Assembly: GCA_023231475.1 (NCBI GenBank)
Contig: JALJEE010002839.1
Location: 62,001-100,283 of the forward strand
From: Seison nebaliae
Lineage: Eukaryota
Direction of reading: 5' to 3'
DNA length: 38,283 nucleotides
Positions 11,101 to 23,302 of this stretch are shown piece after piece. The translations under genes were made by a program, and so were the position numbers. A model generated the notes under the pieces. It was not told the DNA's origin, searched no databases, and saw only the letters and a program-made list of their open reading frames with translations. Position 1 is the stretch's first letter. Every line of letters begins with the position of its first letter.

Positions 11101-14100
11101 TTGAGAAAGAAATGAAATTAACTTCTGACGGTTTGATCGTCTTCTTATTATAATACCATTGACATGTGGGCTTAGGTACGCCACTCACTTCACACGACAA
11201 CATTAGAGTGTCACCATCATTAAAATTCTTGCTTTCAGGTAACTGTTCTTTGAAAATGGGAATGATCTGCTCTTCTTCTGCTTCCACTTCCACAAACAAA
11301 TTGCCAATCGCTTCACCATAATCATTCTTCGCTTTTAATCGATATTTTCCACCATCATCTTTCTTAAAATCTGAAACGATTAAACTCAAGACAAATTCTC
11401 CTTTTTCTTCCTTAATTGACAAGGCATATTTCCCTTTCTTTTCTGTAATCTTCTTATTATTCTTCGTCCATTCAATTGACGGTTTCGGTTTAGCTTTAAC
11501 TCTCGCGCTCAACGTTACAATTTTCTTCTTTTCATTAAAATCAATTTTCGGTTTATCGGTAAAGAAAGGAGCTTGTTCAATACGTGCCAATGTGGGTCGT
11601 TTACCACCGATCATCTGCAATTTGACATTTGCTACACATGATCCCCATTCATTGGCCAAAACACACGAATATTGACCAGCGTCAACTGCTGAATAATTGT
11701 CGATGTTCAATGTAACGACGAAAGTGTCATTCGATTTACATTCAACTGTCGTCGAACATTTCTTATCTTTCAATTCCGTTCCATTCTTCAACCAGATGAA
11801 ACTAGGAATTGGTATCGCTGTCGCTTCAATTACAATCTTCAATGTCTTCCCATCAACAACAACTTCTGGTTTCTTTGTAAATTTTGGTGCCATACCATCA
11901 GGTCGATCACCCACCATTCCATTGACATTAATCGTACAAACCGCTTCACCACTCTTGTTCTTTGCCGTTAATTTATATTCTCCAAAATTCGTTTCTTTTG
12001 GATTCTTTATTTCAAACAACAACGTATGAACTTTCCCATCAGAAATCATTCTGAATTTAAATTAACTTAAAATATGTAAATGTGAAAATGATTTAACTGT
12101 TGGGTGTTGTTTGCAGCCGGTTTGAAATCCTTTCCATTGAATTGCCAAGCGAAGTTTGGTAAAGGCGACGCAGTCAATTTAACCACGAATAAAAGAGAGT
12201 TTTCTAATTGACGTATTTCGGGTCGTCCAACGAAGTTTGGAGCATTACCTCCACCACTTCCAGAACCAGCCATTTCTTTTATAAATGAAATATTGAGAAA
12301 TAAATTAGAAATTTATTAAAATTTTATTCGTTTGTTTATCAGAGGTAAAATAATAAATAATAGAAACTAATAAGAACAACAACAACATCATAACAATCAT
12401 CATTTTATAATAAGATAAATTTTTTTGAAGAAAAGAAAAAACTATTTTTTCCCCATTTCATATAACGATAAATAAACAAATTATGATGATTGAAGGAAAT
12501 AATTTCAACGAATTGTTGGAAGTGTCGATAATATTTTTTTCCTATAAATTTAATACAATTTAATTTATTTATATTGTGTTATAATTGTGAAGGAGAAAAT
12601 GATTTTGTTTCTCGATTATTCATCAGAAATCATTCTGTTACTTTCTCATTTTAAAAGGATTTATTATGAGCGAACTTATTTACAAAACAATAATCAATCT
12701 TGATCACTGCTTAAATGAATGAAGTTCGTTCTGATGATGAATTGGTGGTGATGAGATGAACGATTCCCTATAGAGATCGATAAGGGCATTTTTTTTTATA
12801 AAATTATGAAATTTTCTTGTATAATATTAATTTTTCTCTTCTTTTATAAGAGTCGGATGATTCATATGAGATGTTTAAGTGAGAATCGTTTCCATCATTT
12901 CCTCCATTCAACCAACAAAACAAATGGAGAAATAGAGAGCTTTCTAATTCGTGAGCAACAATAACAATTCTAATCAACTAAACTCTAATCATATGGATAA
13001 AATTTCCATTTAGGTTCTCTCCTTCAGTCAACTTCATTAATACGTGTGCACACATTCAGCTCAAGAGATAATTGCAACATAACTCCAATCTCTTTCTTGT
13101 TTTATACACTCTTCTCAAGAGAAGAGATTGATGATGTAGGAAGGAAAGTAATTGCACAATTGTACAAAGGTAATAATTGGATAAATAACAAATTGAATGA
13201 CAAGGCGTATTCAACTTAAGAAAATTCAACTGATTTTCAGTATAATGAACGACCTTCCTCTCCACTCGATGAGATGAACGGCATTTTTCTTTCTCCCAAT
13301 GAAACGAACAGGAAATTCATATTTCTTACTTTCTCCTTTTAACAAACGGCTAAAATATACATTTCCTCCCGCCCGCTCACTAATAACATAACATCTCGTA
13401 CGCATACGCACTAAACAGTAGAAGATAAATGTAAACATACTTCTTACAAATCATTTGATGATATTGTTAGAACGAACGGGGGGATCCGTTTCTCTCATTC
13501 TAACTAATTAGATATCGTGATATATAAAAATATATAAGAAATAATAAGGGAGATATGATAAGAAAGCATGAAAACTAATAAGCTACTAAAGAAAAAAATA
13601 TTTAAAAGAACTCAAAGGAAACTTCATCTTCTATATGGTAACGTGCATTCCATTAAAACGGCAAGCAAAATTCTAGTTTATGAGTTTTCTTTTCTTCCTT
13701 TCATTAGCGACTATCCATAAATCTTCACCCAATTCCTTATTTAGTCTCGTCTTAATTAAATGACTTAACGAAATGATGAAGAAGTTATCGATGATAGAAA
13801 AGCGAACGGAAACCATCAACAAACACCATAGGATTGTTTTGTAAAGAATATGTCAGAAAAAAAATTCGGTTGAGTTCATACTGAAAGAATATATGAAATA
13901 ATAAACTAATAAAAATTATGGTTCTACTCAAAAAAAAAGAAACGGAAAGAAAGATGATGCTTTTATTGGAAATCTTCTTTTATTCACTTACTTTTCCCCG
14001 GTTTTTTCGCTGTCTTATTTTTCTTATTATCCTTCTCATCTTGCACTATCCACGCCACACGAATTGGATAAAAGAGTTGTGAAAAATTATTTTATTTATC

Positions 14101-15000
14101 TTAATCTCTCTTAAATTTCTTTTTTATTTTTTTTTTCTCCTGAACATTCCCCCTTCCTTCTTATGACTTACGAAACCGAATGATGACTAACCATCAAAAT
14201 TAAGATTAATCGATGCATTCGATTCACCAAATTGATTAATGGCTGTGGCACGATATTGACCAGCATCACTTTGCTCCACATTCTTTATCGTCAATTTTTC
14301 AATGTAAACGTTATTCTCTAACGGTTTTGTTTCAGCAGTGATTCGACCTAAAAAATGTTTTTTTCTTCTTTTCTCACAATTCCCAAGAAAGAGTAACCTC
14401 CAATTTTCAGTTCCTTCTCATCCTTAAACCATTTTGTCTCGGCTTTCGGTTCGGCCATAACTTGACATTCGAAAATTAGAATCTTCCCTCCATCTTCTTG
14501 CTTAATACTCGGTTTCATGACATATGTTGGTGGTATACCTCCAGCACTAATTCAATCAATTTGAATTATCAACAATACAAATCGGCACTAACTTGTTTTG
14601 TGTGTCTGACGCTACAAAGAAGGGAAGTGAAGAAATAGATTAATAGATATGAATAGTTATCGAAATATGCAGATAAAGAAGAAATGGGTTAACATGAAAA
14701 ATTCAAGTTGATTGAAGCAGTTACTTCGCCCAATTTATTCTTCGCTTTCACTTTATACGTTCCAGCATCATCAGTTGTGACATTGTTAATTTCTAATTTT
14801 GCTGCATATGTATTTGCGGCAGAACCGGGCGAAATATTACTGAATACGCGTGTACTTTCTTTTACGGGCATCTCTCCCAACAACCAGTTGACGGTTGGTT
14901 TCGGTGCACCCAATATCTCACATTCTAAGATCAATTTATTTCCATTATCTTCCTGACGTAGACCGGGCTTCTTACTGAAGCTCGGTGCGATCGTTGACAT
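1..15000 (-). CDS. unc-22: Twitchin/unc-22/projectin giant Ig-Fn3 muscle protein, 5' part (continues past the left edge). Inferred exons in transcript order: 14694-15000, 14593-14611, 14398-14546, 14192-14347, 13992-14039, 12098-12275, 11123-12050, 10940-11078, 10840-10890, 10762-10788, 10501-10530, 10287-10340, 9953-10012, 9713-9742, 9104-9448, 8865-8972, 8409-8437, 7802-7843, 7292-7300, 6392-6586, 5207-5313, 1-5153
   Basis: The N-terminus MSTIAPSFSKKPGLRQEDNGNKLILECEI...AGTYKVKAKNKLGEVTASINLNF closely resembles projectin/twitchin Ig1. It has serial I-set Ig domains, then Fn3 repeats (W..P..DGGSPI..Y.IE..., Y.FRV.A.N..G). All exons join in frame through GT-AG introns. The small linker exons are less certain than the Ig/Fn3 exons. 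Confidence 0.95.
6392..6586 (-). CDS. unc-22: Twitchin D1-like linker exon (65 aa) with four RRxS PKA consensus sites
   Basis: SALLDDITPTSSRRSSTLQARRESLRQVDSNALNVRRDSKSTRRNSLAEAIPDWPELRKPKVQRK. TCAG acceptor, AAG|GTAAGA donor, phase 0-0. Confidence 0.85.
7292..7300 (-). CDS. Putative 9-nt twitchin microexon (CIE)
   Basis: Minus strand reads catttag|TGTATCGAG|gtaaga. It preserves the frame between phase-0 neighbours and has a strong donor. Confidence 0.55.
9104..9448 (-). CDS. unc-22: Twitchin Ig7 exon
   Basis: MKPTILDKPANCSVVEGRDASVIFQINGNPFPRVVWSKG...DDESKYQVRLLNENGEEDSAIFSIFV, an I-set Ig pattern. Boundaries are aatag| and |gttagt. Confidence 0.9.
10940..12275 (-). CDS. unc-22: Twitchin Ig3-Ig6 exons (12098-12275, 11123-12050, 10940-11078)
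   Basis: Four I-set Ig domains (APNFVGRP.., APKFTKKP.., APFFTDKP.., IPIFKEQLP..DTGKYTCEASNPKG), joined by 47-nt and 44-nt GTT-AG introns. Confidence 0.92.
14192..15000 (-). CDS. unc-22: Twitchin Ig1-Ig2 exons, including the 19-nt microexon 14593-14611; start ATG at 14998-15000
   Basis: Ig1 and Ig2 (PPTYVMKPSIKQEDGGKILIFECQV...DAGQYRATAINQFGESNASINLNFD). The 19-nt exon is needed to join a phase-1 donor to a phase-2 acceptor. Confidence 0.92.
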
Positions 15001-16042
15001 TGTTTTAGAGATTAGAACAGGACGCTTACTAAATTCTTTTAATAATCGTAAGTTTCTTCTCTGGAAATTGATGTAAAAATATTTGAAGGTTGTAAAGCAA
15101 TTTAGTTGTTTTCTTCAACACTCTGTTTCGGTTACAAAAGAATCTTTCGTGGTACAAATTAAGATGAGAAAGAAGAAAATTAGAAAATTCATTTTAAGTT
15201 TCAATCTTTTTCCAAATTTTCCATACGAAAATAAATAGATTATGGAACTAAAGAAGACTGGAAAGTTAATCATTCATAATATTTAACATACATTCTATTT
15301 ATCTCCACCAGACACGGGCGATTCTAATATGAGGAATCATTCGTCCGTCTTCTTCATGGCTCATATAGATATCATACAGATCATACTATATATGTATAGC
15401 ATACATTGATCTAACGTTCAATGATGAACATGAAAATTTGAAATTTGTTTGTTTAATCTCGTTTTATTTTCCTTCAATTAAATTTGATAATTCCATCAAC
15501 TTCAATAAAAATGTTTTAAGCAACAATATTACTATAGTAATACGTATTAGTAGTATAAGTATCTATAATAATAGAATGAAAGGATAAGGGAAATAAAATG
15601 AATACGGAGTGACACATTTGACTCTATCGGTTCTTCTTTTATTGAAGACGGAGAAGGACGTTGTCGATCTGCTTTAGTATAAATAATCTGGTGTATGACA
15701 TGTGCATCTGAAAGGCATCATCTTAATGCAAAGGAATGGGATTTGGAGAGATGAGAAAGAATGTAGTTATCCCCAAATAAATAAATTTCTGGTACTAGAT
15801 TGGAAGTTGTGAGGAGAATTTATATAAAAGAGAATCAATGGAAATACGATCGGATTGAATGTGAATGAATTGAATAACTTTAATTATTGATTGTGAATTA
15901 AATAAGAGTATGAGAATGAAAAGAATGATGGGAAAGAACGAAACATCAACTTTATATTCTTCCATTTGAAATTCTTCTTTCTGCCAATCTTTAATATAGA
16001 AAATATTGCAGCCACTCAGGAAAATTTTGAACGATGCACACC

Positions 16043-16086
<44 letters not shown>
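16043..16086. repeat. Compound microsatellite (TA)9(TG)13
   Basis: Read directly from the sequence, in the twitchin upstream intergenic region. Confidence 0.97.
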
Positions 16087-16090
<4 letters not shown>

Positions 16091-18562
16091 TTGTTGTTTA
16101 GTGTGGTGTGCATAGGTGGATTGTGTCGGATTAAATAAAATAATAATTATATAACTCATTTATTTCTTTTTTTCAACATATCCTATGATGATGATGTTGA
16201 TGATGATTAGTTGATATGTTCACAATTATTGATTTATTTTTTATTTATTATTCATCTTCTTTTTATTCGATTTGTCCGTACCTAGATAATATGAAGATGG
16301 ACGGTTGTTAATAATTACATATATATCACTACACCGACTCCTATCATCATCACCACCATTCAACATAGAATGGAAAAGAAAAGAATTTATTTAATGAAAT
16401 CCTAATTGAACAGTGCATAATATTATACGGAAAAAGAGCGGTATGACGTTAAGAAAACGAAATGGGCATTGACGAAAAACGTTAACGTTTTGGAAAGTAA
16501 TAGAAGCTAGTGCAGATGGGGGAAGAAACGATATGCTATCCTCCACCAGTCTCATTCGCCAGTTAATCGTTCGCCCTCGTAGAGAGAACCATCCCGCCTA
16601 CATGAAATGTGGAGATGGTCGAAAGAGATGGTGATTAGACGATGAGAAAAAGAGAATTTCCCACATTCCAATTCGAAATAAGTCGAAACTAAATAAAACA
16701 GGAAAAAAATGGAATTCTTTTATTGAATAATGCAAAAAAAGAAAAACTCTCATATAGTCATCATTCGGAGAAAAATATGAGGAACGTTAATACTCCATCC
16801 CAATATACAAATTCTTTTTCCTTTTCGTTGTATTCTTACGCATCTTTCGCTTTCCGACGCTCTTATTGAACGGTTGTGTAAGAAAGATTTTTTGTTTTTT
16901 CAAATGCATCAAATGAATAGAGACGATTCCATTGAACTTTTAAAGAAATAGCAATCCGCTTAGCATTTCCCTACATTCCACACTCTTTACCAAGATTTGG
17001 CTGAAGAATAGAAATCAATCCGTTGACGAATTTAACGAGGAAACCAAAGTTCTTCCTATTCATATTCCTTCAATTCTCCATATTGATAATTTCCTTTGGT
17101 TCTTCTCAAAAATTAATTATCAAATAATTCCTCTATATTATTCTATATGGATAATATCTTTTAATTAAAAACAACAATAATTTCATCATCATCATTTGTA
17201 CGACGAAGATATGGATAATTAATTTAAAGTGTATAAAAATTATCAGAACTATACTAATCATTAACCAGACGATGTATATATGGCAATGTTCATGAGAGGA
17301 AATAGTTGAAGGATCAGCTTTCTGTCTTTTGCTCATCTCACAACAAGTTAAACAATCCAATTCCACACCTTATCTCCCATTATTATTTTAGTTAGTTTGA
17401 ACTCGTTCCTTCTCATCATTCTCCAAAACATTTAACTTACATCATCACTTTTTATATATACCTCATTCGTCAATCTTCTTCAAGTCTTATGTAATGGCAA
17501 TGGGAATCCATTTCTTTCTCTCATATACCACGAACTAATATTATGCAAACTCAAATAATATTATTCTTCTTCTACACCTCTCATAACATTTCATATTTTA
17601 CATATTAATTTCATTAACCATTTCCATCATAAGTTGATGTTTTACGGAGAAATTTATGAACTAATTATAAGCAGATTTAATTGAATTTTTATAATTACCA
17701 ATGATAGGTCTATAAAGAACAATAATATAATTATGAATTATAATTCAACTATTAGATATGTTAGAATTCATTTAATGGAACAAAGGGTATAAAACTGTTT
17801 AAAAAATTCAAACAAAATTTTCAAAATATTGCCAAAGAATAAAACACTTTTAAAATTATATAACATTTATTGAAAACATTCTACTTATTAATGAAATGTT
17901 AATGTTCGTTACACCAATTATTCCACCAACTTTTTCATATCCACTTATCGGATATTAATGACTTATAATATATTCTTCAGGAGATAGGATCAAACCAAAT
18001 TAATCCAAGAGATATTGTGAGATAGTTTACTCAATTTAACAAACGACAATTATAATTTTCTCGTTTTGTTCCAAAGTTGATACAATCAACATTAAATTCT
18101 TATATTGTAATAACAATATTTCACACCTAAGAACAACTGCTCCCAACTGATATTATAAAGAGAACTTGACTAACTGAAATCATATTTTCGGTTTTCCATA
18201 TTTTTAAAAACTACATAAATATAAATAGTTATTTAAGATGAAAACAATTGAACTTAAAATTTTTGAAACTTCAGTTAAAACTTTAATGTTAAATTTTAAA
18301 AGATAAAACATTTACTAATAACATTAATGATTTCACATTCTCTCCATCTGTTCAACGAAGATCGAATGAAGTTTGAATATGGAAATTGAAGTTTTGTTGA
18401 TTTTAAGATTAAATTTGAAAAAGAAGGACTTGGAAAAGTAGAAAGGAAATTTTGTGAGAGAATTGGAAGAAAAGAAACTTTCAAAATTTCAGCTTGACAA
18501 TTAGTTGTTGGAAGAGGAAGAATTATTAAAGATAAATTTTTGGACAATCTCAATTCTTGACG

Positions 18563-19318
18563 ATGGATAAGATAGGGGAATCCGTTTACAATTTTTTCAT
18601 GTATGACTTACAGACAATTCGATATTATTGTTTGCGTCGTTGGGTCCTCAATGACATCCCGGAAAAGTTCTACGATTTCGTCTCGTTCAAACATAAGAAA
18701 GACGAAGAATTCACCGTAAGGCGAATGATGGTTGAGAGTGGGAAAGGTGTTCTTTTAGGCTCATCGGGATTCGGAATGATTTACACACTTCACCGTTATC
18801 AATTGAAATGGAAAATGCATCCTGCCGCAATGAAAGCTGTCAAATTTGGATTCTTACCAGGAAGTTCTTCCTTTCTTCCAACAACATTTTTCTTACTAAT
18901 AATTTAGTTGTGTTCGGAGTTTCATATGGTCTTCTCGTTCCTGTAGTAGACAAGATTCGTTCACATCCCAATGATGAATTGACACATGCCATTTCGTCAG
19001 GTGCAGCTGCTTATCTCGCTTCTTATCCAAGTTGGAAGAATTGAAATTCATTCCCTTAAATTCTATTTTTATAATTTCCATTCAGTAAAGAAGTATCGAG
19101 TGAATAAAGGAATAATTATCGCTGGAACGGTTGGAATAATATTTGGAGTTAAACGATATTTTGAATTAGAGAAAAGATTAAAATTACTTCGTCCTACGAT
19201 TGGAATGCATCAATTCGGAATGAACAATTCGAAAAGTTATCGTTGCAATTTACCGGAATTGGAAGTGGAGAAAACTGATATTCCCTCATCAATTATTGAT
19301 GTTATTGCATCGAAATGA
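18563..19318 (+). CDS. Tim17/Tim22/Tim23-family mitochondrial inner-membrane protein, divergent, about 218 aa; exons 18563-18863, 18908-19030, 19086-19318
   Basis: Gly-rich hydrophobic helices (GKGVLLGSSGFGMIY, GIVFGVSYGLL, GIIIAGTVGIIFG). DKIRSHPNDELTHAISSGAAAYLAS resembles the Tim17-family R.K.D..N.I.SG...G motif. Two GTT-AG introns (44 and 55 nt) join three ORF fragments into 657 nt in frame. Confidence 0.6.
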
Positions 19319-19703
19319 ATTAATGAAATTAAAACAATTAAAAGAAATTTAAATTTCTTCTCAACTTTTTTTTTAGTAATTTCTATTTAAGTTTAGTAGA
19401 TCGAATAGTTTGAGAGGATTTAATGATGTTCGTATATAGATATGTTACTTTTTACATGTCCATTAGAAAAGAAAAAAAAATAAATAGAATTGTTAAATTG
19501 TTTCTCATATTATTGGTCTTCGCGATTTGAAATAAATTCTTCTGGTTTTTTTTTTTTTGATCGATCGAAATTGTTTTTCACGAAATTTTCTGTTTCAAAT
19601 TTGAAAAATAATTAAAATATTTTGTATGGAATCAGTCTGGTGGAGAATATTAAAAAAAGTGAATAATTCTCTATGGAAAAATCATTCTTCATTTGGAGAC
19701 GGA

Positions 19704-21810
19704 TTACTGATGTAGAGCCGTTAAATTTTCGTTGGGTAAACGTCGACCATGTTTGGGAGTAATTGTCGGAGTGGATGTAATGGAGGAGGATGGAATTATA
19801 GGTAACTCAGATGATGATTCTCGCGACGGAATTATTTGATTATTGTTATTATTCTCATTCATCTGATTGTCCATCATATTCGTTTTATCTTCATTATCCA
19901 AATGTTCTTCATTCGGTAATGGCAATTGGAGATGATTAAAACGATTCTCCACATTCTCATGAGTATCTTTTATTTCGCATGTTAAATCTTTCATTTCTGT
20001 ATCTAATTTATCGATTAATGATGTCAATTGATCACGACGTAATCGGAGATCATTCAATAATCGTTGACATTGATGATGTTTTTTGGTGGATGGCATTTGA
20101 CGATAATTGACACTAGCATATTCTCGAATTCCAATATCGGAAATTTCCGAATCGAGATTCTTCGTATTCTTCAACAACATTTTCGCATTCAAATTGAAGA
20201 TGTAATGTTTAGCAGCAAGAATATTGGTGAAGAAATATCCTTCCTGACCCGTACTCAGATCTTGTTGGAGGAAACGTTGAATAAATTCCAAATTTGAATG
20301 GAACATTAACGGATTCGCTTTCACCATCACATAAATAATAACAGGAACAAATTCGTCGGCCGATACTCCCACTTCATTTATTGACAATTTCAACGTTTCC
20401 ATCACATAATCCACACTATCGATAATACATTTCAATTTATATTTTGGTGTTCGTTCCGCATCCAGGAACGTTATAGCAGAAATGGCTTGTTCAATCAGAA
20501 AATTAATTTTATTCACTTTCAAATCGATTTTCGCATTTAACGATTGTGGAGTGAGCCAATGCATTGATCTCATCTTTTCCTGCAAATACAAATCAGTATC
20601 TTCATCTTCTTTTGTTTGAATGAAGAATCGATTATACATCTCATACATGATCCATTGTTCGATATTTTCTAAAAATTCTTCTTCCTCTTCTTCTTTCTTA
20701 TCTAAAAAAAGTGACAATATATTCAATTTTTATAATATAAATATAATTTATTTAGAACGTTTTGGTAGGATGTCTGTTGTTTCCAATCGTTTCACTAAAG
20801 TCTCCCTCAAACTTTTCAACAATTCCACTTTCGTCTTATAATCGTTTTGTTCGATTAAAAATAATTTCTTTTGGAACGATTGTAATGTCAATTGGAGCCA
20901 TTCGCGATGATTCTTCTTCAACTTCTTCAACAAACAAAAAATTTCAATTGAACATTTTATGAAAGTTGGAAAGTAAACTTGCAAATACGTTCGAAATATT
21001 TCATTATGATCCTCCTCCAACGACGGTTTCACCACCAGAAATTCATTGGGTAAAATCTCGTTTTTTGTCGGAGTGGTGGTCGTTTTAGTGGTGGTGGTAG
21101 TGGTGGTATTATTATCGTCTCGTTTCGATCCATATTCTATAGAATACTTTCGATTAGAATTATAAATGGAAAATTTCTCTTTCAAATGCAATATAGAGCA
21201 ATCAATCGATTAATCAAAAAATTCATTCAAATTGGAAGTGAAAAGAAAATGTTGTTCCTTCAAATTTTTCTTAATCATTCTTTTGGAGAAATCATTCCAT
21301 CATTTCCTTTAGAAATTTCATAAATAAAATCTTTTTTTGAAAATTATAGGAAAAGATGATGATTATAAGAGAATATAAGAGGAGAAGATGGAGAAATATG
21401 TGTTTCTAAAAGAAAAGATGTTCTCGAGAAAAAAAATAAGAAGGAATTGGGAAGAAAAACAAACTAGTGAATTGTTTGAAAGAGGAATTGAGAAATTTGA
21501 AAGATAATGCAGCAGCCGATGATGCGACAGATGATCGAAATGATGGAAGATGTACCGATTTCGATATATCAGATGAATTGGATGAAGTTGAATTGGAATC
21601 GGAAGATGTGGATGATGTTAATGACGACGTCATCGAATCATATGACGACATCGATTGACAATTAATCTCAAGTTTCTTCTGTTTTTCCTTTTTTGTTTCT
21701 TCAGGTTGTTGAAGTAATTTGAAACAAATGGAACAATATCCATCCCATGCAACATTTCCATAAAACGAGCAATCGTTCGACAAACATTTGTTAACAGTCG
21801 AGGAACTCAT
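19704..21810 (-). CDS. RABGEF1: Rab5 GDP/GTP exchange factor Rabex-5 (A20 zinc finger + VPS9 + coiled coil), about 555 aa; exons 21465-21810, 20979-21136, 20759-20924, 19704-20701
   Basis: A20 zinc finger CLSNDCSFYGNVAWDGYCSIC. VPS9 motifs SADEFVPVIIYVMVKANP..HSNLEFIQRF..TGQEGYFFTN. The joined exons total 1668 nt in frame. Confidence 0.9.
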
Positions 21811-23302
21811 TCTCTCCTCGAACTTCTTTTTACAGGAAGAGAATATCAAAATTCCAGATAGGAAAAAAAGGAAAAAATGAAATTTTCAATTGAAAATAGA
21901 TGGAAATTATGAAATAGAAATAGTTCGTTCTTCAATTTTCTGACGAATTCATTTGTTTTTTTTTACTTTGATGATTTGATGGAGGAAATCGAAATTTAAA
22001 TGAATTGGAACGGAATGGAAAATCTCTAAATCGAATAAACATTTTCAAAATAAGAAAATTCATTTTTAAATGAATTTTTCTATAAACAAAATATTCATTT
22101 CTTTGACGTAAGATAAAGGAGGTAAGTGAAGGGAGAATATAAATTCGCTTCTTCTATTCTCCTTTTATGGAGAAGACATTCATTTAATGGAATTAGTTCA
22201 ACTCCTCTCTCCTTCTAATATGTATCCATGAAGAATAGGACAAGAATAGGTCACAAACCAATTTATAAGGAATTAATCGTATTCAATTCCTGTTGTTATA
22301 TTTCTTCCCATATCGATGATATGGCTTTGAATTATGTCAATTTATTTTGTCTTTCACATTTATTATTTTGCTTCTTCACTTCTATATTTCACTTCTCTTA
22401 TTCCTCTTCTCTTCTTCGTCAATTCTCTTCTTTCAAATTAATGGCTATATCGTTCCATTTATCATCTTTTTCTCAAACTCTCAACTCCATCATACCAAAT
22501 AACATAATTACACTAAAAATTAAATAAATAAAAAAAAAAAAGAATAATCCGATTCCTTTCACATCCATCTCGACTACGTCACATGTTTTCCCCGCAATTT
22601 CTTTAATAAATTTTATGGTTTTCTTTCTTGTTTTTTCCATTTTCTACCAATTAAATATCATACGAAGGAAATGACTTGTTGATTTGATGAAATTATTATT
22701 AATAATCTTTTTATTGAATTTTAATAATTTGAAAACTATTTTTCCTTCCTCCCCATCGACTATTATCATATCGAATTATTGGAATTATCCATTAGAAATT
22801 TGAAAAATAAACAGAAATTTCTTCTATTTAAAATTCGTAAAAAGAGAATTTCTTAATTGAACATAAAATAATTTGATTGAAATTTACCAACGAACGGTAT
22901 AAGACGTCAATAATAGGAAATAAATTACAAGAGAAGAAATAATGTTAGATGGAATGGAAAGAAGAGATATAATTTGTCATCAAATAAAAATTCTGATTTA
23001 TTATTGTGAGATCATTGATTAATCATTAATATAATGATTATGGTGAAGTTGTAATGTATAGTTTGTAAGAAAAGAAGTGAATAACTGATGGTTGATAAGA
23101 ACTTTGTGAAAAAGTCTCATCAATACTTTCTTTTAAAATCAATACTAGTATTATATATATATATATAGAAAACTTTGTAGAATATGAATCATAAGAATAT
23201 ATGTCTGTAAAAAGTGTCATCAATTAAGTAAGAAATGAGTGAAAGTTTTCGATTGAGAATTTGGAGAAAAATATCGTTTATTAATTTACTGTGAAGAGAA
23301 GT

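Noticed and set aside
15527..15549. Overlapping palindromes TATTACTATAGTAATA and TAATACGTATTA
   Set aside because: Short and almost all AT. There is no terminal-repeat or target-site context to suggest a MITE or structured RNA.
17133..18553. Short intergenic ORFs (17133-17366, 18296-18553)
   Set aside because: Non-ATG starts and compositionally biased translations with no motifs.
22228..22527. 99-aa ORF between Rabex-5 and ABCA
   Set aside because: F/S/L-rich translation of pyrimidine-rich intergenic DNA with no family features.
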